Below, one piece after another: positions 37,228 to 50,379 of a stretch of DNA of 64,000 nt. The first letter of the stretch is position 1; every line of letters begins with the position of its first letter. The notes beneath the pieces were generated by a model. It ran no database searches. It was not told the DNA's origin and saw nothing but the letters and a program-made list of their open reading frames with translations. This stretch comes from Centroscyllium fabricii. Lineage: Eukaryota. The position numbers and the translations under genes were made by a program. Location: contig JBNRSN020000002.1 of NCBI GenBank assembly GCA_051313645.2, positions 209,374,001-209,438,000 on the forward strand. The letters are read 5' to 3'.

Positions 37228-38279
37228 TGTAAGGGAATGGTAATGGATCTGGTGAGCGGGGCCCAAATGCAGAAACACTGAGAAACCGTCTTGATACAAA
37301 AACCCCTTTAATCTAACAAAACATGTTTGAATAAGACATACAATACTAGACACAAGTCTTTGACTAAAGACAGGCACATACTTTAACGTTATTATTAAAA
37401 CCCTAGAGGCAGAATATTAACAAGTCCTCTTCCGAACCGGACAGGCTTTCTACTGGGCGTGGAACCCTTTAAACCGACCACAACCCCAGAGAGGTACAAG
37501 CCTTAGTGGAACCTGTTATCATGACCACTTCCATCAGAGAGGAACAAGTTCTACGCAGCCAAGTAGTAGAGTAGCTAACATACAACAGGGCCTAATAACA
37601 ACAGATAATGAACAGTCCAATTATGAAGGTAGAATGCAATGATGTCCAGCTCCTCTGTTCCACCACAGAGACTTAACCCCATGGTAACAGGCAGGAAAGA
37701 TAATTCCTGATCTTCCTAACAGATGTCCAAACCTCGGTTCGGGTGAATTAAGCCAATGTCCAAGGAGTAGAAATGGGTCCGACCTACTTCTTCTGCTCCA
37801 CCACGGAGACTTAACCCCATGGCATCAGGCAGTAGCGCACCAGGTCTACTGGCAGGGGAACTCCCTTACCCAACAGATGAGTGTCCATGTCTGAGTCCCA
37901 GATAGCAGGGTACTATGTCAAGATGGAGTGATGTGGGCTCGGTCCCATAGTCCCTCTTAAGGCGGCTCAGAGAAGCAGAGCAAATCCCTTCTGCTTCTTT
38001 TCCATCCAGTGAAGTGTGATATCATAGAAGGTCCTGCAATGATCCCGCAACCTGTCTGGTCAAACCATCAGCTTATAAACCCAAACCAGCCTAATCAGAT
38101 GATTGATGTTGACCAATCAGGGTGCAGGCATATACAAACAGAAAACACCTGTGGTGAACAACCCAATTGATACACTTAACCCACACATAGAACAACACTT
38201 AGAACCAAAATGGGAACATTAAAGGGATATGCCCAAATAAAACATGGATGCCTTAAAGGGGGCATGCCAAACTGTGACA
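37228..38279 (-). mobile_element. Solo LTR (family shared with 51493-52507)
   Basis: TGTAA...TGACA; TSD TAATT; patchy homology to the reverse complement of 51493-52507. Confidence 0.8.
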
Positions 38280-38307
38280 TAATTAAGATATTTAAATAAG
38301 TGTCCTA

Positions 38308-39183
38308 GGGGGAGAAATTTGGTATCGCCCTGTTTGGGGCGCAATTAGCAGCCAGGCACAAAGTTTAGCACTTGCCGCTAATTATTGCCTCCGACTGCAA
38401 ATTTAGCTTCTATCTGGAGGTGATTGGAGCGCAAAATCAGGCGCTACACACTTCTCTTAAGGCGCTAACGCTGAGGAGCAAGGCGTTACCTCAGAGCGCT
38501 GACGAAACTCATGTGATGTCAGTCAGCAATGGAACACTGACACACTGGCACCGGCCAGTTCTTAAAGGGGAGGGTCGATCTTGCTCTCCATCCACACCTT
38601 GCTCATTGCAGCCTTGAATCTCAACCTGGAGAGACTGGTACATCAAATCTGCTGGAAAGAACAATGGAGAGACCCAGGGAAAGAGCTCAGAGTGCAGTCC
38701 CCATAGTCTCTTCTAAATCGATGCAAGGAAGGTCAAATCAAAATGAACCTGCAAAGTGCAGCTCAGTACCCAAAACTCCTTCACACAGCGTTGAATCTCT
38801 CCAGAAGTCTCTCTCTCTCTCTCATAATGCGTGGTGCAAAGATGTCAGCAAAAAAATAAATCAGAAAGCGGACGCCTTTAAATAGCACTCCCCCAGTCCC
38901 TTCCCGACTGCAAAACGCTCCCCTCAACCTGCCGTTGCTAGCGGCAGGTGGTAAGGCAGGGGACGCCACTCAATATCCAGTCCAGGATATTGCATGCTCG
39001 ACTGATGTCATGATCTGCGGGCGCAGGAGATCGTGGCAGTAGTGTTTAGCAGCGCTGCAAAATGTTTGGTCAATTTTGCGAGCGGCGCAAGCATTGCCGC
39101 GCCCGGGCGCTAGTTGCTTTATGCCCTATTAGCGCCCTCTTAAGGCACTAATGGGTAGCGCAAAGCAACCAAATTTTTCCCCC
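38308..39183. mobile_element. Internally deleted Harbinger derivative
   Basis: TIR GGGGGAGAAATTTGG / CCAAATTTTTCCCCC; MERPRERA start (38664) resembles the N-terminus of the Harbinger Myb ORF. Confidence 0.7.
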
Positions 39184-39399
39184 CCTTGACTTTCTGATGT
39201 TGGGTTGCCCCAGCCCCTAACTCATTCATGATAAACTTGCCCAGCAACTCATGGTACTAATAGACATGAAGGACCAATCAACAATGCTATTTAAAAATCT
39301 GATCCATTACATACCGATTAGTTGCTGGCTTATCCTTTTAGGCTGGTGGTTAACTCTGGCAAATATTTGGCCCATTTTCTGCCATATACAAATTAATTC

Positions 39400-40090
39400 T
39401 GACTGATTTTGCTGGTAGGGCTGCCTTTGGGGCTGGAGGAGAAAGGGAGCAACAACAAGACATAGAGAGCAGAAGCAGCTGAGACAAGAGCGAGGAGGAG
39501 GGTATTGTGCAGGAGGCCATACCCACAGCGGATCTTCAGGGAGAACTTCTCCAACCTCAACTTCTCTGAGGAGCAATGTTTGAGGTGCATTTGTTTCACA
39601 AAGGAGACTATCACCGAGCTATGTCACCTGCTGCAGCCACAACTCAAGCCTCAAACCAGGGCATGGACAGCACTGTCTGTGGCTGTCAAGGTTACTTTTA
39701 TGCAACAGGCTCCTTTCAGGCTGCAGCAGGTGACATTAGCGACACCTCACAGTTTTAAGTCTGCCATTGTATCGAGAGGTACCCGAGGCTCACGACGCAA
39801 GAAGGAACAGCTAGATTGCTTTCCCCATCGACAATGCGAAGTAGGATAAGAGAGTACTAGGTTTTGCTGGCATTGCAGGCTTCCTGAGGGTCCAAGGTGG
39901 CATAGACTGCACTGAACTTGCCTTGGGTGCTCCTCATCACTGCAGCTGGTTTACGACCACAGGCAATGCATCATGCAGGTCTGAGCTCAGTTTCCTGGCA
40001 GTAGGCATAACTCATTCATCCTTCGCCAGTCCTCTGTGTCACCTTTATTCCAACCAGGCCGCCAGGTTATAGGACCACTACTGAGCAACA
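39400..40090 (+). pseudogene. PIF/Harbinger transposase (HARBI1-like) remnant
   Basis: RRPYPQRIFR..SEEQCL..FTKETITELC, ALSVAVKVT, FYATGSFQ, GFLRVQGGIDCT, AQFPGSRHNSFIL. Confidence 0.85.
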
Positions 40091-41924
40091 ACTCATGACT
40101 GTATGGAGAGGACGAAGAAGGTCATAAAAGCAATAGTGATAGGAGTATCAGTAGTTAAGGGAAGAAACAGGCGATTCTACAGCTGATGACGTGACTCCAG
40201 GTTGATATGTTGCCTCCCCGGTGCCAGGGTCAAGGATGTCACTGAACGGCTGCAGGACACTCTGAGGGGGGAGGGTGAACAGCCAGTGGTCGTGGTCCAC
40301 ATCGGTACCAACGACATTGGTAGAAAGAGGGATGAGGCCCTGCAGGCAGATTTTAGGGAGCTAGGAAAGAGATTAAAAAGCAGGACCTCAAACCCCGGTA
40401 CCATGCGCTAGTGAGTACAGAAATAGGAGGATAGAGCAGATGAATGTGTGGCTGGAGAGATGGTGCATGAGGGAAGGCTTTAGATTCCTGAGGCATTGGG
40501 ACCAGTTCTGGGGGAGGTGGGACCTATACAAACCAGAAAGGTTGCACCTCAACAGCACCGGGACCAATATCCTCGGGGGTGGGGTTTGCTGGTGCTTTTG
40601 GGGAGGGTTTAAACTAGCTTGGCAGGAGGATGGGAACCTGAGCGTAGATTTGGAGAGGAGAAAAGCAAAGCTGGAAATGGAAGGCAGTAAATTAGTAAGT
40701 GAGTTTGGAAGGCAGAGGAAACAAAGGCTAGAAAATAGACAACAAAGGGGTTTGTCAGTGCTTAATGGTATATACTTCAATGCAAGGATTCTAGTAAATA
40801 AGGCAGATGAGCTGAAGACGGATAGACACGTGGAAGTATGATATCAGCTATTACTGAAACATGGCTGAAGAAAGGGCAGGGATGGTAGCTCAACATTCCT
40901 GGTTACAGGGTTTTCAGACGAGGCAGAGAGGGGGATAAAAAGGGAGCGGGAGAGTCACAATATTGGTTAAAGAAACAGCTGTGAGGAGGAATGATATGTA
41001 TGAAGGATCAAATGAGGCCACATGGGTTGAACTGAAGAACAAAAAAGGGACAATCACACTGCTGGGCATGTACTATAGACCCCCAAATAGTCAGAGGAAG
41101 ATAGAAGAGCAAATATGTAGGCCAATTTCTGAGACGTGAAAAAATGATAGGGCAGTAATAGTAGGGGATTTCAATTACCCTAATATTAACTGGGATAGAA
41201 TCATTGTAAAATGTACAGAGGGTGCAGAATTCTTAAAATGCATTCAGGAGAACTTTTTTAGCCAGTATGTAATAAGCCCAACAAGAGAGGGGGCGGTTCG
41301 GGACTGAGTTTTAGGTAATGAAGCTGGACAGGTTGAAGGGGTATCAGTAGCAGAGCATTTTTGGTGGTAATGATCATAATTCAGTTAGATTTAGCATAGT
41401 TATGGAAAAGGACAAAGATAGACCAGGAGTAAAATGTCTCCATTGGGGAAAGGCCAATTTTACTAAGCTGAGATGTGATTTAGCAAAAGTGGACTGGAAA
41501 CAACTCGGTGGACTGGAAATCAGTGGGAGGGAGTCAAGGAGGAGAAAGTGAGGGTTCAGAGCAAATATGTTCCCACAAAGTAAAATAGTGGTACTCCAAA
41601 ATCTTGAGCCCCCTGGATGTCAAGGGACATACAGGGTAGGATAAGACAAAAAAGGGAGACTTATGTCAGACACCGAGAGCTAAATACTACAGAAAGCCTA
41701 GAGGAGTATAGAAAGTGCAGGGGTGAAATTAAAAAGGAAATTAGGAAAGCAAAGAGAGGGCATCAAAATTATTGGCAAGTAAAATCAAGGAAAACCCATA
41801 GATATTTTATAAATACATAAAGCGCAAGAGGATAACGAAGGAAAGAATAGGGCTTATTAGAGACCAAAAAGGTAACCTGTGAGTGGAGGTGGAAGACGTG
41901 GGTAAGGTTCTTAATGAATACTTT

Positions 41925-42560
41925 GGGCAGGATTTTCATTTGGGCCATGGAGACGGGGTTGGAGGCGTGTGGGGGGTTAAAATCTCGAAATCAGGGGGCA
42001 TGAACCCATCCCACCTCCAACCCGCCTCCATGCTAGTTTCAAGGAGGCGGGTGCCCCCGCACTGTGATCCGCCTCCCCGAGGCGGGAAGCAGATTAGTGC
42101 CAATTAACTGCCTGTTAACAGGTAGTTAACAGGCAGTTTTTAGCCTAATTCCTATTTTCATTGGTGAAATGTGGGATTCCCGACGGCTCCAAACCACACC
42201 AAGTTAGCGAGGTAGGCCGTCGGGATGAAGGGCTTGGAGGGGTCAAGATGTCCAGTGTTCAGGTGAGTGATGGGTGCATGAGTGCAGAGGTAAGTGTGTT
42301 TGGTGTGTGTAAAGTGTTTAAGTAAGTTTTACTTACCTTTACTTACCTTTACAGCCTTGACAGGTGAAATATCAATCTGTGACATCACCTGCTGCCGGGT
42401 GGCTCTTAATTGGCCTGCTGAGCCCGCAGGGCAGGCTCAACAAGGTCAATTAAGTCAAAATCGCCTGGGTTGGCAAGAACTCGATGGAGGCGGGACTACA
42501 ACCCAACCCCGAAAGTTGTAGGCCCACCTCCTACCCGCCTCCTCAATGAAAATCCAGCCC
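41925..42560. mobile_element. Harbinger-type MITE, shorter relative of 24624-25467
   Basis: TIR GGGCAGGATTTTCATT / AATGAAAATCCAGCCC; TSD TTT. Confidence 0.85.
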
Positions 42561-43145
42561 TTTGTGTCTGTCTTCACAGAAGAGAGAGACGATGCAGACA
42601 TTGTAGTTAAGGAGGAGGAGTGTGAAATAGTAGATGAGATAAACACAGTGAGAGGAAATATTAAGTGGTTTAGCATCTTTGAAAGTAGATAAACCACCAG
42701 GCCCAGATGAAATGTATCCCAGGCTGTTAAGAGAAGCAATGGAAGAAATAGCGAAGGCTCTGACCATCATTTTCCAATCCTCTCTGGCTACAGGTGATGT
42801 AGTCGACATGGATTTTAGCAAGGCTTTTGACAAGATCCCATAATGCAGACTGGCCAGAAAACTAAAAGCCCATGGGATCCAAGGGAAAGTGGCAAGTTGG
42901 ATCCAAAATTGGCTCAGTGGCAGGAAGGACAGGGTAATGGTCGATGAGTGTTTTGTGACTGTAAGGCTGTTTCCAGTGGGGTTCCGCATGGCTCAGAACT
43001 CGGTCCCTTGATTTTTGTGGTATATATCAATGATTTAGACTTGAATGTTTAAGAAGTTTAGGGGGCATGATTAAGAAGTTTGCAGATGATACAAAAATTG
43101 GCCGTGTGGTTGATAGTGAGGAAGAAAGCTGTAGACTGCAGGAAA

Positions 43146-43604
43146 AAAGAGAAAAGAAAGACTTGCATTTATATAGTGCCTTTCACGATCACTGGACGTT
43201 TCAAAGCGCTTTGCAGCCAATGAAGTATTTTTTTTGGTGTAGTCACTTTTCTAATATAGGAAACGTGGCAGCCAATTTGCACACAGCAAGCTCCCACAAA
43301 CAGCAATGTGATAATGACCGGATAATCTGTTTTAGTGATGTTGGTTGAGGGATAAATATTGGACAGGTCACCGAGGATAACTTCCCTGCTCTTCTTCAAG
43401 TAGTGCCATAGGATCTTTTACGTCCACCTGAGAGGGCAGATGGGGTCTCGGTTTAATGTCTCATCTGAAAGACGGCACCTCTGACAATGCAGAAATCACT
43501 CAGTACTGCGCTGGATCGTCAGTCTATTTGTGCTCAAGTCTCATGGAGTGGGACTTGAACCCACAAACTTCATGACTCAAAGCCAACTGAGCCATGGCTG
43601 ACAT
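43146..43604 (-). mobile_element. Deu-domain SINE
   Basis: tRNA-like head (tcagccatggctcagttgg, gggttcaagtccc on minus), Deu-type core, aaatgcaagtcttt tail; flanking aggaa duplication. Confidence 0.85.
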
Positions 43605-43721
43605 TAAGGAAGATATCAATAGACTGGTCAGGAGGGCAGAAAAGTGACAAATGAAATCCAATCCATTGAAGTGTAAGGTAATAAATTTGGGGAGGGTTAA
43701 CAAGGCAAGGGAAAACACAAT

Positions 43722-44471
43722 GGCCCAGAAATTGCAGTGGAGCCTTTGTGCGGGTGCAGAACCTGCTTAATGCACTTTAATTGCCCATATTCAGTTTTAC
43801 TTTTTTGCACTGAGAAATTCCCGTTAGCCCAGCCTGTCAGAGCTCCATGCGAGTTTCATGGGCATCTGAAGGGTGTAATTAGTGCAAAGTGGCTTTTGAT
43901 ACCACGTGATTGGCAGGGAGCCAATCAGTGGAAGCAATTCTCCGTTCAAAACTTCCACAGAGAAATCTGTGCGAGTTTTGAAAAGAGAGATTCTCAAAAG
44001 ACATCTAAACACAAAAATAAAATATGTTTTCAACATTACCCCAACTAACACAAATAACCTATTTTAAAGAAAAAATAAAAATTTGCAGATTTTTTTTTTC
44101 ACTTCCAACAGGTCTAAAAAAATACTTACCTGTCTTTAAAGTTATCAACAATTAAAAACCTGAAAAAACAACAATTAAAATCAATAAAATACACACTTAC
44201 CAGATGAAAATGGGTGTTAACGACTGCCTTTTTCCAGCGTTGAATTTTCTTCTCTTGGTCCGTAGAAAAAGTTAAAAAAAACATCAGGAAGTCTGGGCGC
44301 GCCCGTAGTTCGCTGCTTCTTGCGCTGGACCTCGCAGGAAGCAGCGACCCCCCCGCTGGGCAGCACAGGAAGTCCCAAAGCGTGCGCTCTGGCTGCTTCC
44401 TGCGGGTTTAAGCTCTGGTGCGCTCGCACCAGAGCTTAAACCCGATATGCGCTGACTGGAAATTCTGGGCC
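43722..44471. mobile_element. Harbinger-type MITE
   Basis: TIR GGCCCAGAAATTGCAGT / ACTGGAAATTCTGGGCC; TSD AAT. Confidence 0.85.
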
Positions 44472-44646
44472 AATATGTTAAGATACAGAGAAGTGTAGAG
44501 GATCAGAGGGACTTTGGAGTGCATGTCCACAGATCCCTACAGGAAGCAGGACAGGTAGATAAGGTGGTTAAGAAGGCATACGGGATACTTTCCTTTATTA
44601 GCCAAGGCACAGAATATAAGAGCAGGGAGGTTATGCTTGAACTGTA

Positions 44647-44945
44647 TGTAATGTTGTCGATTACTCCAATTAAAGGCGACAAGTATATACCGAAACTAAA
44701 AGGCTTTTAATTGCTAAATAATGGAGCTACTCTCCCAACGAATAACTGTACAGAACTGGGTGGAGCCCCGGTCAGACCACACCTATATAGAGCCCCACAA
44801 GGGGAGGAGTCAGGGGTGTGGCTGACCTGGCTCCCAACAAGATTACAGTAAACTGGGCTGTGCTTAACATCAGCTCAGCCCACAATCAGTCATGGCAATA
44901 CATAGGAACAACTGTGGAATACAGTGGAACAGAACGGTTACCACA
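44647..44945 (-). mobile_element. Solo LTR related to the 31841-36674 LTRs
   Basis: TG..ggttaccaCA; TSD CTGTA; shared ggggaggagt.aggggtgtggctgacctggc. Confidence 0.9.
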
Positions 44946-45528
44946 CTGTATAAAACACTAGATAGGCCACAGCTAGAATACTGTGTGCAGTTCTGGTCAC
45001 CACATTACAGAAAAGATGTGATTGCACTAGAGAGGGTACAGAGGAGATTTTTGAGGATGTTGCCAGAATTGAAGAATTTTAGCTATGAGGAAAGATTGGA
45101 TAGGCTGGGTTGTTTTCTTTGGTGCAGAGGAGGCTGATGGGGAGACTTGATTGAAGTGTATAAAATTCTAAGGGGCCTAGATAGAGTGGATAGGAAGGAA
45201 TTAGTTCCCCTAGCAGAGAGGTCAACAACCAGGGGGCATAGATTTAAAGTAATTCATCAAAGGATTAGAGGGAAGTTGAGGAGAACTTATTTCACCCAGA
45301 GGGTGGCGAGGGTCTGGAACTCACTCCCTGAAAGGATGGGAGAGGCAGAAACCCTTATCACATTTAAAAAGTACTTGGCTGTGCACTTGAAGTGCTGTAA
45401 CCTACAGAGCTACAGGTCAAGTGCTGGAAAGTGGGATTAGGCTGGATAGCCCTTTTTCGGCTGGTACAGACACAATGGGCTGAATGGCCTCCTTCTGTGC
45501 TGTAAATTTCAATGATTTCTATGATTCT

Positions 45529-46556
45529 GTGACTCCTGTCAGGAACCCAGGCACAGCTGCATTGATGGCATACAACGAGAGCCATGCTGCCACTGGGAAC
45601 ATCATCGACTAATCAATCGGCATACTCAAGCAACGCTTTTCACCTCTTTCTAGCGGATTCAGCCCTGCTGAGTTGCTACAAGGCAGGAAACTTCGTACAA
45701 CCGTGCCAACTATGCCATCACTCCTGACCCCAGGCTGGCCCGACCTCCAGAATTTTACAGACAAGGACAAACAATCTAAACTAAGACAACAGGCCAACTT
45801 TAACAGGCACCACAGAGCTAAGCCCTTGTGTCCACTCCTTCCAGGTGACTATGTGTGGATTCAGGACTCCCACAAAAGAGGCATTTTGCAAGGACAGGCA
45901 ATCGCCCCAAGATCGTATCTGGTTGATATCCAGGGCCAGATTGTTCGCAGGAACCGCAGGCACCTCGCACTTACATAGCAGCCCCCTGACGCTTATGAGC
46001 CTTCCATTCCCGATGACTACAATGGGGATGCAAGTCCTGGAACTCTCCCACCCACAGGGGATACTCCACCTCCATCGGGTTCCAGAAAATACCCTGAAAG
46101 GGTCCGCCAGCCTCCTTCATACCTCCAGGACTTTGAAACATGAATAGCTTAAGAACCAAGACACCTCATTGGGTCAGAATAATACCCGAGGTACTTGATG
46201 GAGGGTTCAGGCAGTCGCCTTGTCCCTCCAAGCTTACTCTGCTAGTATTATTCGTGGGTTTTTTTAAATGGAAAGAGAGATGCATTAGAGATGTTATATT
46301 TGTTAGAGTTATTATAATGTTTGTTAGAGTTTGTTATTTCTTAAGCACTGTAAAAAAGTTATGATTTGAAAATGTTGACAGTAAAGGAATATTTTTCAAA
46401 GTATGTTTAGAAAGGGAGATGTGGTGATAGTTACACTCTGCCCAGTAGGGGGGCAATAAAGGGTTAACAGGAAGTGAAATGAGATTAAACAGGGCCTCGA
46501 GCAATGGCTGAACACACACCATCCTGTCTCTGTCTCGATGTGTTGAACACATTACA
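45529..46556 (+). mobile_element. 3' end of a Gypsy element (integrase C-terminus, PPT, 3' LTR 46420-46556)
   Basis: SPAELLQGRKLRTTVP..APRSYLVD..RRNRRHL; PPT agaaagggaga followed by TGT..ACA. Confidence 0.8.
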
Positions 46557-49500
46557 CACGGCACCCTCGGCCGTGGGATCCTGGCACTCCTTCGCACTCC
46601 TGCCCCCACAGGTGGAATGACTGATCCCTCTGTGGGCTCCTCACAGTCCCAGATTATGGGCTGGAGACCCACACCTGTAGCGCCGCTCACCACTCCCTGC
46701 TGTTTCCTCCTCTTATCAGCTCTTTCCCCAGGGTTGAAAAGCTTCGACTGATTGATATGGAACCACTTAGTGTGTCGGGCCATTTTGACCGCATATACCA
46801 TTGGACTCACCTTATCCACGATACTGTATGGTCCCATGTATAGTGGTTCAAAAGTCCCTACCCTGGTGAAGTTTCTAACCATTATTTGATTGCCGACCTC
46901 CCACTCATGGTGCCTCTGAGACTCAAGCAATAAATGATTTCTACGATGTTGCTTCCTCATGTTACTGGCAGCCTGCCAATGGATCTGTCTGAGATACTCA
47001 AGCAAATTCTTAAAGAAACAGTCCCGGTTCACCTCTCTCAACTGACCTGCCGTGAGAACCGGGGCCAGTACATGGCTGGGCGTTCTCATGACCCTGCCAG
47101 TCACGAGCTCATGCAGGGAATACACTGTGCTTCTAGACGGGCTGGCTCAGACCCCCATCAGAACTAACGGCAAGACCTCCGCCCATTTTTTAGGCGAGTC
47201 TCCCGTCTCCTTCCGTAACCTTTCCTTGATGGTCGTATTCATTCGCTCCACAATCCACGATGACTGCGGTTTGTGCCATTTACCCTATCCACCTAGCATT
47301 TTCAGAATCGCCTGCATGACTGCCCCTGTGAAATTACTCTCGAGATCGGACTCCACATACTGCGGTAGCCCCCACCTAGAGAACACTTCTCTCACTAGAA
47401 TCCTTGCGGTCCCCAAAGCTGTGGCTGTTCAGAATGGGAAGGCTTCTACCCATTTCGAGAACTCATCTACCAGGACCAGGCAGTAATTGTAACCCCCCTG
47501 TGTGGTGGGCAGCGGTCTGATATAATCTACCTGTATGGACTGCCATGGTCCCTCCACTCTCCTAATGTGTCCCATGGATACCTTCCTTTTCTGGGGGTCA
47601 GTGTTGTTTGCAGCACACACCAGGCAATCCGCACAGAAGGCGTGGACGTCATCCCTCAGTTGCGGCCACGACCCTGCCTGTTCCACCCGTTGCCAGGTGG
47701 TCTCTGGCCCGGGGTGCCCCGCTCCTGGACCCTCATGGGCCAGCTGAAGGAATTCCCTCCGGTGCTGCTATGGGACTACCTACTGTTCCCCTCTGAAAAC
47801 CATCCCTTCCTTTACTGTAATACCTGCCACTCCGTATGGTCCCTCTACCTTTTCACCCTTAGCCAGCATCTCCAGAACAGTCTTTAGGGCGGGATCCTGT
47901 GCCTGGACCATCTTTAGGTCCAGGGCCAATTCTACCCCTGCACTACCTTGGGTCCCACCTCTGTCTCTGATCGCTGCTACCAGACTCGACCCATATGGAT
48001 CCCAAAACATGCCCGTTCGAGCACCCTCTTTGGCCAGCACGTCGGCCTGCTGATTGCCCTCCACATGGGGTTCTGTCATAGCATGTGCCTTGACTTTGTG
48101 GATATAGAAATCCCCCTGGTTTCCAATCGATGTTATGATCTGTCGCAACAATGGCTTGGTTGCTAGGGGTTTCCCATCTGCAGATGTGAACCCACGACGA
48201 GACTAAATGGCTAAATATTTTGTACACGAATTGCAAGTGAACATGCTGTCCGAGCAAATCATGTAGGGTGTAGGGAACTCTTCGGGGTCGGTAACACTTT
48301 TGCGTGCTGGGCACTCATGGTGCTCAGGAGTTTAATGACCTTGGCAATGCCTGCCTTTGGGTCAAAAATCCCAAATCCAGTGAGTCACTCCCCGGCCACT
48401 ACTGAACTGGACCCGTCTACATAGATCTCACAGCCCGTGGGATGGATCCCAGCCTGAAATCCTATGTCTACGTCCCATACCCCTTCAACAGAACATTTGT
48501 GGGCCACCCCGGGTAGATCAAATTTGTGGTGAGCTTGGGCTCACAGAGGCCTTTCACACTCAAATTCATCTGAGAGAGCAATAAATTCCAGTGAACAATG
48601 CGTGCACTGCTCACCATGCCGTCCTTTATCCTCCCATCCAGAAACACCTGAGTGGGCGTATGGTGGATTAAGCGAGTTACCGGGGAACGCCCCCGTGAAG
48701 ATTTGTGATGTCCTCATGGCCCAATGTGTGGCAAGCAGGTGCCTCTCACAATTGGAGTACCCCCTCTCTACATCTGTGAGGATTCTTGATGAGTATACCG
48801 TAGGCCTCGGCTTGCCATGCCGCTCTTGGAGCAGCACTGCGCTCAAACTATCCCCTGTGGTATCTGCCTCCAAAATGAATTCCTTTCCCCCATCAATCAC
48901 TCCTGAAACCAGTGTTGTCTGCAGATCTCCCTTCAGATGACTAAAAGTTGCCATGCAATCCTCATCCCACTCCCAGCCCACTCCCTTGTGGAGGAGCCGG
49001 ATTAGAGGAGCTGCTATAGTGGCATAGTCCTCTATTAAATCCCTGCATTACCCTGAGTCCCAGGAAGGATTTTACCCCCGTTACCATGGTCAGGGCAGGT
49101 AGCTCCTGTACCGCCTTCCTCCTTGCCTCATCGATGGCTCTCTCCCCAGCACACATGGTCAGCCCGAGGAATTTTACATCCTGTTGGCCGATCTGTGCTT
49201 TCTTGGGATTAACTTTAAACCCATCTTACTTTAACAGACTTAGCAGCTCAGTCAGCAGGGGACCATGCTCCTCTCTCTCGTTGGAGAACAAGAGCAGGTT
49301 GTTCACATACTGCACGAGCTGCTGTGGTCTGCTAAACCCTTTTAAACAGTTGGCCATACATTGGTGAAAAATAGAAGGACTGTTGGGAACCCCTTGGAGA
49401 AGGCAGGTCCATGTGTACTGCTGACCCTTGAAAGTAAATGCGAACTTATACTGGTCCTCACTTTTGAGAGGGATAGACCAGAATCCGTTCTAAATGTCCA

Positions 49501-50372
49501 ACACCGTGAATGTATTCGTGGATGCTGGGATATATCCGATCAGGTCGGCTACGGCTGTGATGGTGGGGGCACAGGCTGGGATGTTCTTGTTGAGAATCTG
49601 ATAGTCCACAGTGGCTGTCCACGAATTGTCTGGTTTCCTAACCGGCCAAATCGGAGAGTTCACATGTGTTGCTATGGGTCTCAACACACCCTGCTCTACC
49701 AGTGATCCCACTGCCATCTCTAAATCCGCCTCTGCCTCTCTGAGGAAGTTGTACTGTTCCTGTGGTTGGGCCATGGGGTCCCCTTCTACTCTGACCTCCA
49801 CCCTTATTACCCTCCCACAGTCGTGCTTGTGTGTAGCAAATGCCGCGAGGTTGGCTTGCAAATCCGCTATGTACTCTGCCAGGGTAGAAGTGACCAAAGG
49901 TTCAAGGTCATAACTACCTTTGGGCTTCATTGTGCACACAGTTCCCTTGCATTGCTTCCCTGGTATAACTACCACCTCCCCCTCCTTTCCCGTGCATACT
50001 ACCCCCAAAGACAGTGATTCCGGAAATCCACCAATATCTTGTGGGCCAGGATGAAGTCTGCCCCCCAAATCCCTATTCCATCCCGCTCCCAATGCATCAG
50101 GACACATTTCCACTCCATATGGAGTGTACCCAGATCGATGGCTAGCGGGATGGAGAAAGACCCAGCCTGTTCGTTCCCAGTGAACCCTGCGAAGTCATGT
50201 GGGACCCCGCTCGATAGAGGTGATGTGGTCGGGTTATCCACATAGACAATGGTGCTTGAAGCTCCAGTGTCCAGCAGATAGGTCTCTTGAACCTACTCCA
50301 CCCCTATTTTCATGCACAGTCTCTTCCAAGCATCATAACTTAGTGGGCACAGGTAAACGGGCTGAGAAGCCC

Positions 50373-50379
50373 CTAGTCA
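50373..50379 (-). promoter_or_regulatory. Gag stop codon in a readthrough context (UGA-CUAG)
   Basis: ...CCA TGA CTA G...; the protease LLDTGAS lies in the same frame downstream. Confidence 0.65.

Larger units (their letters stand above)
40125..45528 (+). mobile_element. Near full-length decayed CR1 (ORF1 esterase, ORF2, tail) carrying four nested insertions and an internal deletion at ~42795
   Basis: CCLPGARVKDV..VVHIGTND; YYRPPNS; KFADDTKIG; RPQLEYCVQFWSP; ctatgattct tail. Confidence 0.92.

Noticed and set aside
39400-40090. Domesticated HARBI1 host gene
   Set aside because: Multiple frameshifts, deletions and stops; embedded in a decayed transposon
46334-46560. C-terminal extension of the integrase ORF as a possible env or accessory gene
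   Set aside because: It reads antisense through the 3' LTR of an unrelated Gypsy fragment (46420-46556)
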